DNA of 63,667 nt, filler included, from Octopus bimaculoides (Eukaryota): the NCBI RefSeq assembly GCF_001194135.2. It is 10 parts of 10 records of this genome, joined end to end, with 100 filler letters (N's around TTAATTAATTAA, not from the genome) between each part and the next. Parts side by side here need not be neighbours in the genome. Positions count along the whole stretch, not along the records: positions 1 to 20,431 come from NC_068987.1; positions 20,532 to 24,372 come from NC_068989.1; positions 24,473 to 41,883 come from NC_068997.1; 7 more parts are not named here. One strand, written 5' to 3'. Numbering within the stretch: the first letter of the stretch is position 1; each line of letters opens with the position of its first letter. Made by a program: the position numbers and the translations under genes. Positions 12,271 through 25,715 of this stretch are shown here, in pieces. The notes under the pieces were generated by a model. The model ran no database searches, had not been told where the DNA came from, and was given only the letters and a program-made list of their open reading frames with translations.

Positions 12271-15269
12271 ACATAGAATGTTTTCGTTAAGCATAAACTA
12301 TCGCTTCCTGTTCCGTTTTTTATATGTTTTGGTCATGTCACTATGCTTCGCGTTACTGAAGCACGTTCAGTTTTGCGATTTCTGAATTGCTAAACAAATT
12401 GAGACAAAGAAACAAGGTTCTTCTACTCCCTTAGACTGAATGACTGCAGAACTTGGCAGCATCAGCTCTTGAAATGTTTGCAAGAGACTCTTGTGGTTTT
12501 TCTTAACACCATCAGAGGATGTTGCAGTTGCTCTGTATACCACCGATTTAGAAAGATATGATCCTCTGATCATACATTAGCACTTCAGCGCTTTTCTTTA
12601 CATCCTCATATTCACAATGTTTTAGATATAAAAGTTACTGGTTAGTTGTTCCTAGGAGCGTGTTTCAAGCTGCGGCATGAATCTTAGAGGTCACGCTGTC
12701 TAGGCAACAATAAATGACCTTAACGTTAATAGCCTTGAATAATTTGTTGTATCTGTGCATAAGTGGGAAACGTTGTCTTACGTAAGCAAGTTCTTGGCGG
12801 TATTCATGTTGTAGAATGGGTTAAACCAGATAACCTGTGGAAAAATAAGTCATATATATGAAGAATTTTTGAGCCTCTTCTTGTTAATGCAGTGCTATAA
12901 ATGTCGAAAGTATCCGTCTGAATATAGGTAAAAAAGAATCCTAAAAATTAAATTTGATAAAGCATATGGTTGATCATCAGAATCCATGAGTAAATGTGTA
13001 ATTAGTTTGTATGTTTATATTTCTGCCGAGGTAATATTTGTTTGGGTTTAAGTTTGGTGTAACGACTATGAATTTATCTAGTGTACTATTCGTAGCATTT
13101 GAATCGAATTTCTTAAGTTTACCCATCGAGTTCTTTCTAGATCTATCCATAGTGTAATCGTTGCATGAGGTTGCTAAATCATTTATTTGCAGTCCAGGTA
13201 ACCGAGATGATCAGTCCTACAAGTTTTGTGACATCAGTTCCCTCGTAGACCCCATTGTGACTTCAAGTAAAAGGTTACGCTCCCTTTCACCTAATAAGAC
13301 AAGTCATCATAAAAAAGCAACTTCCCGTCGTTCATTATTATCTTGGCATTAAGATCGCTAATGGTCTGGGGGCTGGATTTTTTGTGGTTTTATTAAAATT
13401 ATTGGTCAGGAGTTTAGAATATGTGGCATTTAGTTGTTTTGTCAGTTACTATATGGACACCTGGAGATTTTAAAAACATCTTCATTGTCCAGGTTGCTTT
13501 GGAAGAATAAGAATAATCCTGCAACGGACTGGCGTCCTGATCAAGGGCCATGTTTTGATCTCAGTCACACATACGCCAAGAAAACCGGATGGCCGGCTCT
13601 ATAAATCGTAGGAGTCGAGACGTAAAGAGCTGGATGAAATGCCGCTAAGTAATTTTGTCCGACGTGTTAATGATTCTGCCTGGCCACTGACTTTGTGTGT
13701 TATATTCAGAGAGTTCTAAATAGAAATTAAATATGGATATCTTACATGGACACAAGGCCACAAATAAGAGAAGTTAATTGTATTAATCCAAATACGTTAT
13801 TTTACCGTTCATATTAAAATGATAAACTTCAAAACTTCAAACGTTGCTGACTACCATCTTATTCATCTTAGAGTTAACAACAGTGAAGCATTACTCCCCA
13901 CGAAAAGCTATGCAACAGACACCAGTTTCACTATAACAGGCTTTAGGTTTCTGGTGGAAATAAACTGGAACACAGAATGGAAGGATCTTCGAGTCACGTA
14001 TAAACAAAAACGTTACGCTAGATAAGGATCCGACTTTAAAAATACTAGGCACCAGGACGAGATAAAGATATCTATTCGTAATCAGCAAACATCAACGGTT
14101 CCACAAGACGTTTGTATTCATTTTATAAACATGTAGATTCAACAAATATTTTTAGTCCCCACGTCATGAATATGATGCTTCATACTGGAACATCGAAGAT
14201 TACAAACCATTTCCAAAACGCAGACTCGGATTTCTATCAAGTTAGATGTGGCCTGAACCATCCTAGCTGCTTTGAGTTATTTATCTTAGCTAATTTTCTT
14301 TTAAATTCTGTAAATTACCTAGACCAGAAATGTGTTCAGTGTCTCAATCTCGAATGGATTTAAGTTGGGAGGATTGTCTTGTTGATGACAGATCCTGAAC
14401 TATAAGCGTGTGTTCACGACTGTCGTCATATCTGCTGACAATAAGCTTGAACGTTTCCATAATGGTATGTCAATTCTGGAGAACTTGTAATTCTTAAGAT
14501 CATCTTCCCGTCTCAGATGATTTGCCATTATGCAGGCATTGTCTTTTGCCTGAAACGTTGCATCGAAGCTACGAGTAAAACACATGAGTATCTTCGGATG
14601 TGTATTTGTTGTAGTGTTGGACTTACAGGTTCGTGTCTAAATGAATGGTTTCAGTCAGTTGACTCTTTCTGATGCGTCAGGAGCAAAGTACGTTTGCTGC
14701 TAAGGATAGCTGGCATAAATTAGTAAAACTCTCACTGAGAGAAAGGGCCATAGAGTTCGGTGGGAAGAGGGTGTTGTATAGGATGTGAGTCAGTGCTGAG
14801 TAGTTGAGATGAGATCGTAGTCATATGATTCAAAAGGCAGGGAATACGAACTCGTTCACACAAACACACACTCGCGCTCACATACACATACATACACACG
14901 TACGTACATACATACATACATACATACATACATACATACAGACATACATACAGCATAAAAGGTCAGAAGGTATTAGAGTGAATATATTTATTTAACCACT
15001 TAATATCCGTAGCGTTACGAACATTCTGCAGTCTTCATCATGTAATAATAATTTCAGCGTATAATAAATTATATCAATATACCTGCGATGCATTGTACAA
15101 TACAATTGTATATATTACAAACCACTGCATATATAGAAGGCTAGCTCTTCAGATCACCAGAACATCATTATTGCACCAATGAGATAGCTACATGATTCTA
15201 TGTATCCATATATTGCACTTCAAATACATAAATACACGTAAACGTACATGTGCGTATGTGTGTGTGTGT

Positions 15270-15366
<97 letters not shown>

Positions 15367-15667
15367 TAAGTAAATACAAATTTTGTGCCATGCTAGTTGT
15401 AACCTAACGAATATTACTTGCTTTCTTATCGATGTCTGCTATTTTAATCTGCCATGTACAACACACATATGAGGGTATAATTATATGTGAAACAAAGAGC
15501 GTAATACTAAACTTATCCCAAATCTCCTGAAATAGATGACAACCGACGGGATATGTTAATGAAAGGGCATCGTGAACTTCCATAGTCCTTCCTTCTACCT
15601 GAACTAGAAGATACACTATATTCCTAAACATCTCAGAGACGCCAAATACATTGAAATGACATCAATT

Positions 15668-16486
15668 ACTCTCTTTTCTCTTTTACTCTCTTTTACTTGT
15701 TTCAGTCATTTGACTGCAGCCATGCTGGAGCATCGCCTTTAATCGAGCAAATCGACCCCAGTACTTACTTTATTTTAAGCTTCGTATTTATCCTATCAGC
15801 CTCTTTTGCCGAACCGCTCAGTTACGGGGATGCAAGCACACCAGCACTGGTTGTCAAGCGATAGTGGGGGACAAACGCAGATACACACACACACGCGCGC
15901 AAGCACGTACACAACTAACACATACATACACACACGCCCCCATATATATATATATATAATANNNNNNNNNNNNNNNNNNNNNNNNNNNNNNNNNNNNNNN
16001 NNNNNNNNNNNNNNNNNNNNNNNNNNNNNNNNNNNNNNNNNNNNNNNNNNNNNNNNNNNNNNNNNNNNNNNNNNNNNNNNNNNNNNNNNNNNNNNNNNNN
16101 NNNNNNNNNNNNNNNNNNNNNNNNNNNNNNNNNNNNNNNNNNNNNNNNNNNNNNNNNNNNNNNNNNNNNNNNNNNNNNNNNNNNNNNNNNNNNNNNNNNN
16201 NNNNNNNNNNNNNNNNNNNNNNNNNNNNNNNNNNNNNNNNNNNNNNNNNNNNNNNNNNNNNNNNNNNNNNNNNNNNNNNNNNNNNNNNNNNNNNNNNNNN
16301 NNNNNNNNNNNNNNNNNNNNNNNNNNNNNNNNNNTCAGTTTCCGTCCATCAAATCCACTCACAAGTCTTTGACCGGTCCGAAGCTATACAAGAAGACATT
16401 TGCTCAAAGTTCTACAAAGTGGGACTGAACCCAGAACCATTGTGGTTGGGAAGTAAACCTCTAACCACACAGCCATGCCCGTGCCT
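15668..16486 (-). mobile_element. SINE family B spanning a gap at its internal microsatellite
   Basis: Head (aggcacgggcatggctgtgtggttagagg...gggttcagtccc) at 16335-16486, 3' half at 15668-15950 ending in a (TAAAAGAG)n-like tail. Confidence 0.85.
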
Positions 16487-17429
16487 CGGTGTTGTTCATT
16501 TTTTTTTTTTGACCATTCATTTTCCTCCCTTCTTTCTTCCATTTATTTATTTCGGATTTGACCACAACAATGTCGCCGTTTCTATAATTCATAAACCTTA
16601 GATTAATCCTTTAATGGGCCTATGACAGCCCTTGTCATACTTAATTAATCCTCCAAAGCCCAGACGCCACCTTTGCGTTTGCTTCATCGAAAATTTAAGA
16701 GAAAATTCTGAATAAACTTATTCGTTCCTTCACGATACATTTACAAAGTAAGGACGACGGCTATGAACAGAACATTCTCCTTCATCAAAATATTGCTTGG
16801 GTGTCAACTATCTGATAACGCTCAGTGTCATCTGATAATTCTTAATGTCACGCCATCTTTAACTCTGTTACAGCTCTCTCCTGCTAACTACCAACTCCAT
16901 CTCCACCGCCGCTACCACCACCACCATCACCACCACCTCTTCACTATCATCACCACTTCACTACCACCACCACCACCATCATTATCAACGCTGCCGTCAC
17001 AACCATCGCTAGCTCTCACCGCTCCCACTATTGCTGTCCTTATCTCTACCGGCGCCGCCATCACCACACCCTCACCTACCCAACAATCACTACTACTACT
17101 ATTACTACTACTACTACTACCATCACCACCACCACCACCACCACCACCACTGTCACTAGTAGTTCTACATGTACCAGAAACTTCACAAGAGTTGGTAACC
17201 GTTTCGGTGATTCTTCACCTTCTGACCTCTGTACATGTTACCATATGGTCTTAGATTGAATTATAGTTCTCCAACTGCTTCTGTCCCTATCGCTACTACT
17301 AGCACTAACACCACTAATATAGTTTCCATAATTACAGCTAATATTATTACTACAACCATTATTGTTACCATTCCACTGTTACCATTTCCATTATATACAC
17401 TTATATTATTATCATTATCACCCAACCTC

Positions 17430-17635
17430 TAAGGTAGAATCCATAACACGCCGGACAAAATGCTTAGCGGCTTTTCGTCCGTCATTACGTTCTGAGTTCA
17501 AATTCCACCGAGGTCGACTTTGCCTTTCATCCTCTTGGAGTCGATAACATAAGTACCACAGTTGAGCACCGGTCGATACAATCGACTTACTCTCTTCCCG
17601 AAATTGCTGGCCTTGTGCCAAAATTTGAAATCGTT
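17430..17635 (+). mobile_element. SINE family A
   Basis: Family A head and domain with a ccttgtgccaaaatttgaaa tail. Confidence 0.8.
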
Positions 17636-17745
17636 AATATCACCCATCCATCTATCTTTATCATTCTAACCATTCTCTTCGTTTCAAGCTATCTCATTTT
17701 ACAGTTTGTCGTACCTTTTGATTATTTCACTCCCATTTAAAAAAT

Positions 17746-18107
17746 GCCATTAAAAAACTGCGTTATCTCCCCACTAAAATAGTGAGTTTATGTGGCGACA
17801 AGAGATTGGATTAAAAGGGTTAGATCCTTTTGATTGAATACTTCAGCACGTTATTGACGTTTTGGTTTCCTCAATAGGAATGCTACGATTTGTTATAAAA
17901 ATGTTATTAGATTCAATAAGATGTTTAAGTTTTTCAGTTTTCCTTTTCATTTTTTTTTCCGTTTTCATGTTTATTAATTTTTTCATTTTTTCCTTTGTTT
18001 TATTGAGAGTTAAACAATTTTTTTAGTTGGGGAAGATAGCGAAATGTACCGAGATTTTTCATAAAACGGGGGAGATAACCCAATATTTTAATGGCGGGGT
18101 GATAACC
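17746..18107. mobile_element. AT-rich element with ~27-bp inverted repeats (MITE-like)
   Basis: gccattaaaaaactgcgttatctcccc (17746-17772) versus ggggagataacccaatattttaatggc (18069-18095); extra GGGG(A/T)GATAAC-like copies nearby. Confidence 0.5.
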
Positions 18108-18844
18108 AAAATGTACCCAGTTTATTGGTTTGTACGTCTAAAAGCTGTTTTGTTAGAAAGTGACCAATGACACTTCTCATATTCAACGTCGTATTATTCT
18201 CCGGCATAAAATCTTTGAAAAAAGAAAAGAGAAACATCAAAAATAAATTCTGTCTTTACTCAACGAAACTTCAAGACAGTGAAGTGAGAGCTTAGACTGG
18301 AATTAACAGATAGTGCTTAATACCTAGGGAATATGGCCGTAAGTTAACCCAAAGACCAAGTTTCCAAGGTCAAGATAGTGCTGTTATTAGTAAATTTTGA
18401 TAATGTGTATTTTTCAATCACGGTTTACATGTACAGTCAAATTGCACAGCACCTTAGGCAAGTGTCAACTAATCGAGCCCCGAGCCGACTAATGCCTTGT
18501 AAGTTTGGTGGATTGTAACTCTATGGAAGCCAGCTGTATATGTATACATATACATGGGTCTTGGCAAAGCGAATCCGGAAAGAGCCGAACAATCGAGTGG
18601 TCTTAACTAATGAGACAACGGAGATTGCCGAAACTGACACGTCAGTATTAAGAATTCTCGATCGGCACTTTTCGGACGGCTATGATCCCAGTTAGTGTAT
18701 GTTCTCATTCATGTGCGTTAACTACGGCCTTAGAGAAGTTTAGCTCTTATTTTTCTAGCAATGTGGGTGTTTCCTAATACCCTAGTCACATTTAGTGACA
18801 TTTGTAATTCTCCTTTTTGGTGAAACTTTACAAATTGTTGTTCC

Positions 18845-19392
18845 AGCCACTGTCACCAGCTATGCCGATGATACAAAATTATCACAGGTAATAATAAAAA
18901 AATCAAGATCATATTACAAGCTTATAGCGAGACCTGCATTCGATATACAAGTGGGTCGAAATAAACAACGTGCAGTTTAATGCTGGAAAATTTCAAGCCC
19001 TGTACTATCAACTGACAAATGCACTACAGCCTGCATATACAGGACCCGAAGGCACTGCAATTCCATAGTCACAGGCAGTAAAAGACTCGGGGATCAGTAT
19101 GTGCAATGACGCATCATCTTATATGCTCATTACCAAGATGGTAGCAAAGTGCAGACAATTGGAAGGATGGATACTGAGGTCCTTCATGGAAAACCTTTGT
19201 TCTCAGCCGCCTGGACTACTGCTCCCAGTTATCGTCACCACATAGTGCCAAAGTAACAGCGAAGCTTGAAGCAATCCAACACCACTACACTAAAAAGATT
19301 GAAACAGTGCAGCGGATGAACTACAGGGATAGTTTGAGAAAACTGCAACTTTACACCCTGGAGCGAAGGTGCGACAAATATGCAATAATCTC
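18845..19392 (+). mobile_element. Decayed CR1-type LINE, reverse transcriptase C-terminal part
   Basis: Translates to TVTSYADDTKLSQV...DLHSIYKWVEINNVQFNAGKFQAL...SRLDYCSQ...LEAIQ...LYTLERR, with stops and frameshifts. Confidence 0.85.
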
Positions 19393-19420
19393 GCCGCCTT
19401 TTACTTTTGCATAATATTTT

Positions 19421-19617
19421 TTTCTTCTCTAGGCACAAGGCTCGAAATTTTGGACGAAGGAGCCAGTCGATTAGATCGACCCTAGTAGGCAACTGGTACT
19501 TAATTTATCGACTCCGAAAGAACGAAAGGCAAAGTCGTCCTCGGCGGAATTTGAACTCAGAACGTTGCAGCAGACGTAATACCTCTAAGCATTTCGCCCG
19601 ACGCGCTAACGTTTCTC
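19421..19617 (-). mobile_element. SINE family A (tail type 2)
   Basis: Family A domain with ccttgtgcctagagaagaaa tail; lacks the extreme 5' end. Confidence 0.85.
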
Positions 19618-19619
19618 AT

Positions 19620-19845
19620 TTCTTTATTGCCCACAAGGGGCCAAACATTGAGGGAACAAACAAGGACAGACAAAGGGATTAAGTCGATTACATTGACCCC
19701 AGTGCATAACTGGTACTTATTTAATCGACCCCAGAAAGGATGAAAGGCAAAGTCGACCTCGGCGGAATTTGAACTCAGAACGTAGCGGCAGACGAAATAC
19801 CGATAACCATTTCGCCCGGCGCGTTAACGTTTCTGCCAGCTCGCC
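19620..19845 (-). mobile_element. SINE family A (tail type 1), tandem with the previous copy
   Basis: Near-identical in structure to 11430-11664. Confidence 0.9.
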
Positions 19846-20299
19846 TACCTACACTCGTGGATAATATTGCTTGACTGATGATAACGATACACATCCAGGA
19901 AGACTGCCTAGTTCTACTGAATTTCATAAGGAAATCTTTCTGACAATCTGTACTACAGATAGAGTAAATATTAGAAATCTGTTGGTCAGCAGAACTTAAC
20001 ATAATGTTAATATCATGTTAAAAACGTTAGCAGAATTAAAGATAAAAGTAAAATCTACATCTATGTCGAACCAAAGAGACATTTCTATTTATATACTCGG
20101 ACTATAGCAAGAGTTATACTTGTAATTATTTATTTAGGTTCCTGTTTACGTAACTAACTATCTCAACATCAATCTTGAGAAACGGTGCATCGCGAAACGA
20201 AAAAGGACGAATTTAATAAGAAAATTACAATTGCAAGCCATTAATAGAAATGTAGAAAGAAAATATGTAAAAGATTCCAACTTTTAGCCTGCTGCATAT

Positions 20300-20367
<68 letters not shown>

Positions 20368-20865
20368 ACATGCATATATATATATACATATACGTAGCCA
20401 CACACACACACACACACATACACACACACACNNNNNNNNNNNNNNNNNNNNNNNNNNNNNNNNNNNNNNNNNNNNTTAATTAATTAANNNNNNNNNNNNN
20501 NNNNNNNNNNNNNNNNNNNNNNNNNNNNNNNTGAGAAATGTGATTATGGTTAATTAATATAATATGGTAAAAATTCGATATTAATTAATATCAATTTAAT
20601 ACCAGAAAACTAGCACATTAAAAGAATCAGAAGGTTCATGAAAAAATTTTTTGGGAGATCCTAAAAAGGATTATAGTACTTGTGTATATAAGATTGACCA
20701 GTGACCGGTCTGTCAATATGCTAGAAGAAGCTCACTTAAAAAATTCTAAAATACGGATTCAGCGGAGCAAAAACAGGCGGGCTAGACCAGTGAAAATTGT
20801 ACATACCTCGATTATCTGCAGACTATAGTTTCAAAATCAATACTTCCAAAATATATATCTAAAGG

Positions 20866-21148
20866 GTAAAAACTCCACTTCGTTCATGAATGACCATGGG
20901 ATTGCACCTAGAAAGTTACCATCCGAGGCACAAGTTCAGGCAAGGCTGTTTATGGAAGACCAGCTGTTGTCTATGCATACCAGCCTCCCCTCTCCACGCC
21001 ACCGATGTTATCAAAGGGGAAGGCAAGGGGCGATACAGCTTGGTACCAGTGATGTCGGAACTTATTTCTATAGCCCGGTCCAGGTGTCGAACTCATTACC
21101 TCAAGATTGTCAGTCCGACGCTCTAACTACTGAGCCATGTGACTTCAG
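20866..21148 (-). mobile_element. SINE family C with internal deletion
   Basis: Homologous to 3303-3634 but lacks most of the CORE-like segment. Confidence 0.8.
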
Positions 21149-21149
21149 T

Positions 21150-21253
21150 AAAAATATGGAACGCTTTACGAATATGCGTGTCATCCTTGCGCAGGGGCTA
21201 TGTTAATTTCTTTATCGTTCCAATTTTAGAATATGTACAGCCGAAGTTAGTAC
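21150..21253 (-). pseudogene. RNU6: U6 snRNA pseudogene, full length
   Basis: Minus strand gtactaacttcggctgtacatattctaaaattggaacgataaagaaattaacatagcccctgcgcaaggatgacacgcatattcgtaaagcgttccatattttt aligns end to end with U6. The essential ACAGAGA box is destroyed. Confidence 0.92.
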
Positions 21254-22351
21254 TTCATTCATATATATATTGAATGCCAAAAGATTAAGATTTACGTAAT
21301 CACATTCATTAGTTTGCACTTTCTACTATTAGACGTTGCACAAGCACTCAGCTCTAAGTTCAATGAACGTGAATACGTAACTCCTGTATTTTTGTCATTA
21401 ATTAATTTTAAAAAATAATTAATTAATATTACGCTCCCCACTCGTCCAACGGTTTAGTGTAAAGCATATGCACATTGAGTTCTAAAAACTGGTGATTAGT
21501 ATCGCTACGTCTAAATGAAATCATAATATATGTATATGGGTGTTTGTATATGTGTTTATGTGCGTGTTTCTAGGTGCGTACGTGTTTGTGTGTGTAATAC
21601 ATACATATATAAACGCATGCATACACACGCACCCATCACACACTCATACACATACGCACACATAACTGATTAATTATATTTTTTCATGTATTTCACAAAA
21701 TAATTACATACTGCCCATCTCATTAGACGCTACAGCTGATACAACGTACCCCATAATTAGCAAATTATTGACAATTTCTCGACGCATTATCAGCGATTAA
21801 TTCTAAATGCATCTAATTTAGAAGAAGATAGTTATGTTTTAATAAACTTTGTACTCAACAAGTGGGTGTATTCTCTTGGAACTCTCCATACAGCCTCGTT
21901 GTATTTCATCTACCTGTGCCCCATTTCAATTATTTTGCCTAATCCTTACTATTTGTGCCCTCCACTGAATAACACTATATACTAAGATGCTCACTGGTCG
22001 ATCCAGACTACGTTATCCACACCGAGAGACCTTATGGTGATTTTCTTTACCTTCCCTGTTTAACACTAATTTGTATGTGAAATGCTTCTCAGAAGTGTCA
22101 TAGATTGCTGTGACACCTGTATTGAACATGCACTTTCTGAATAATGCAATAAGAGCGATGAACTTTTATATGAATATAACGATAACCAAGAAACAACTAT
22201 AAGCAGAGTCATCTACAGCACCATCAGCGCTGTTTTTGCTTCTGGCTTATCTCTGCTTTTCGTGAAGAGGGGTTGTATAAGTTTATAGTTCGTATAGTAA
22301 GCTTACAGTTTTCTGGATTTCCTGTAATTCAGGCCATCACATGGTCCGAGC

Positions 22352-22575
22352 AGACAAAATGGAAAAGGTATTGCCCTGGAGGATTGTGAGGCATATTTGC
22401 TGGAACAGTCACTCTTACTCACGGGCTAGCACTTGCGGATAGTCACATACGCCCAGATGGCAGTGAGCAGAGATATGGTTCGGGGGCCGAGAACTCCGGC
22501 GGTCTCCACTGCCACAGGTTCGACCATAAACCTGAATGGCGAGCAATCGATACCTCTATATTCTATATTCACTGC
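22352..22575 (-). mobile_element. Non-LTR retrotransposon RLE C-terminal fragment, CRE-like
   Basis: EPVAVETAGVLGPRTISLLTAI...E*LFQQICLTILQGNTFSIL resembles the CRE-type motif FVPFAVETxG...LFQRLSxAIQRGNA. Confidence 0.65.
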
Positions 22576-22915
22576 CATGCATGGCAGTACTGATTCCATC
22601 TGTTTTGAATACATATGCCATTGTTTATATATTCACAACTGTTGATGATGAATTCAACCCCAAATATCAATGCAATAGGGGGCTTTAGTCAGCCTGTTGA
22701 TGTTACTAAGTTTCAAGTTGTCACTCATGTTTCACTCTTCTCGCATAAAACACGTCCAGATATTGAAAATACGAATTTAAACCACTGCTTCGTTTTTAAT
22801 CATTCAAGCTTTCCTAATTGTTTTGTAGGTTTACAATTTATCTCAAACTTATTATTTTTATTTCTGCAAAAGCCACCTGGATACCCCTTATACTACTTTC
22901 TCCGAATAATTAAAT

Positions 22916-22985
22916 TGGCACTCCGTCGGTTACGACGATGCGGGTTCCAGTTGATCCGAACCCTTAACCGATTGGTCTGCATGAA
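22916..22985 (-). mobile_element. 3' tail fragment of SINE family D
   Basis: ggcactccgtcggttacgacgatgcgggttccagttgatccg matches the tails at 34177, 45891 and 60775. Confidence 0.75.
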
Positions 22986-23069
22986 ATTCCCAATAAATGT
23001 GTTCAGTGCCCTTCTTTCGTCTGTCTACACGTATATATATATATATATATATATATATANNNNNNNNNN

Positions 23070-23128
<59 letters not shown>

Positions 23129-23639
23129 TTATTTATATGCATAAAAATATATCCATGTGTATGTGTGTGTGTATGTATCTGTAAACCTTGTATATATACA
23201 AATATATCTATACTTATATGTACTGAGGCAGAGCAATAGCAAATCTATATACCTTTGATATGTTAACTTGTCGCAGATTGTGCAGAATAAGCTAGAAAGT
23301 CGGAGTAACAAATGCTACAAAACTAGAGGAAAAAATACACATCTAAGTAGCATGAACATAGTACTTATAAATGTAGTGAGATACGCAGATAGATACAAAC
23401 ATACTCAAGTACAACAAACAGGATAAATAGACCCAACAATACACACGCGTGTGTGCATATACCTATACATTTGTATAATTGACAGAAGTTATATAGTGAC
23501 TGAAGATGCGAGGGTTTCGCTTATCAACTTATAGCAACGTACTCGGCCCTTGAGTCACTACCTTCTGCGATAAAAATTACGCATACACACACACACATAC
23601 ACACAAACACACATACACACAGACACACACACGCACGCA

Positions 23640-23670
<31 letters not shown>

Positions 23671-23774
23671 GAACAAACACACTGGCACACGTATGTACAT
23701 GTATATCAGTATTTATCCATGCATATGTATATAGCTGTATACGCGCGCTCACACATGTGTGTATCTGTGCGTGT

Positions 23775-23862
<88 letters not shown>

Positions 23863-24480
23863 TTCCACGTATCCAGTGAAAGAATTTGCCGGATGAATAT
23901 CAGAAAGATATTAATAATTTCATATACGTTCAGTTTTCTCCACGTGAAAGATGTCGGTTTTACTTTCCTAATTAACACTCAGTATGATAACTTTGTGATA
24001 TCTACGTTGACTATATCATATGCGTTTGTGCGTATATATACATACAGATGTCTCAGATTGATGAAAATGCATTCATAACGGTACTTATATATTCATTCAC
24101 ATACACTCGTCGGTGGGATGTCACTGTTTTTCTAAGTGTGCATACATACACACGTAATACAGACGCACACACATACACACACGCGTGCATACATATTTGT
24201 TTATATACTGGCAGTTAATCCTATACATATGTGTGCATATGTATACATATATGTATGCATACATATGTATACATATATGTATGTATACATATGTTTGCAT
24301 ATGTATACATATATGTATGTATATCTATCTATCTATCTATCTATCTATCTCTCTCTCTCTCTCTCTCTCTCTNNNNNNNNNNNNNNNNNNNNNNNNNNNN
24401 NNNNNNNNNNNNNNNNTTAATTAATTAANNNNNNNNNNNNNNNNNNNNNNNNNNNNNNNNNNNNNNNNNNNNGCACCAAG

Positions 24481-24701
24481 AACAAACACAGACACACACA
24501 GACACACAGACACACGTGCGCGCGCACACGCACACACACATATAAGGGCTTCTTTCACTCACCGTCTACCAATTCCACTCACAAGGCTTTGGTCGGCCCG
24601 TGGCTATAGTAGAAAACACCCAAGGTCCCACACAGTGGGACTGAGCCTGGAACCATGTGGTTGGGAAGCAAGCTTCTTAACAGACAGCTATGCCAGCGCC
24701 T
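24481..24701 (-). mobile_element. SINE family B, 5' half
   Basis: Matches the head at 16335-16486. Confidence 0.8.
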
Positions 24702-24876
24702 TTATTGTCACCTCTGTTGTCCTTGCTCCAACATGGCCCTCATCAAGTAGAGAAAANNNNNNNNNNNNNNNNNNNNNNNNNNNNNNNNNNNNNNNNNNNN
24801 NNNNNNNNNNNNNNNNNNNNNNNNNNNNNNNNNNATATATATATATATATATATATATATGTGTATGTATGTATGC

Positions 24877-24909
<33 letters not shown>

Positions 24910-25035
24910 CATAATATATAAATATGTATAAATATAAAAACATATGTATATACATCTTACTATCTATTTATGTATCTAATCTATATATGTACATACTTGT
25001 AAGCACACATATGTGTGTGTATGTGTACGTGTGTG

Positions 25036-25079
<44 letters not shown>

Positions 25080-25136
25080 CATATATTATATAAGTATATG
25101 TGTGTACATTTGCGTGTGCGTGTGAACACGCACACT

Positions 25137-25169
<33 letters not shown>

Positions 25170-25715
25170 ACATACCCAACACACGCACTTCACTGACACT
25201 TACATGCACATAAACACACCCAAAACACATATAGCCAAAGCTGATCTATTTTGTCTTTGTTCCAACAATTCCCGTGTTGTTTGAAATAAATCTATTTACA
25301 GTTTTTATTTGTTTCTTTTGGGTTTCAATATTTACAACAATTTGTTTGATATGTTAATCAATATAATTACGTGTTAATTTTCTAGGAAATATTGAGCAAT
25401 CAAAATTCAGATTTTCAAATGAATTGAAAGAAATTTGAGTTATTTTATTTAATTAATTATATATATTCCATTCTAATTAGAGCCATTCTAATCTTTCTAA
25501 ATTAATTAATACTGATTTGACTTGTCGAAAATAGACTTCTAAGACGAAAGTATAGTTTTATGCCATTCCTGATATTTCTTTGTCTTTTAATGGCTGATGC
25601 AATCTTTAAGCACTGCAGAGAGTCGAATAGTAAGAACTGCGATTTACGAATTATTCGCTGCATCCTGCTTCGTCATATTGAAAGTGTTGTTTCCGAAGCT
25701 GATATAAAATATGGC

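Noticed and set aside
14700-14830. AP-1/CRE-like motifs (tgagtca, tgatgcgtca) suggesting an enhancer
   Set aside because: Short motifs expected by chance; no independent support.
15011-15042. Hammerhead-like remnant on the minus strand (augaugaag...cguaacgc)
   Set aside because: C3 and the GAAA core are mutated and the stems do not pair; not supportable.
16763-17432. Pro/His/Thr-rich ORFs
   Set aside because: Degenerate CAC/CAT/TAC trinucleotide repeats; no domain and no convincing splice sites.
20476-20487. TTAATTAATTAA islands inside N runs (nine copies)
   Set aside because: Always centred in 100-bp gaps with 44 N on each side; an artificial six-frame-stop spacer, not biology.
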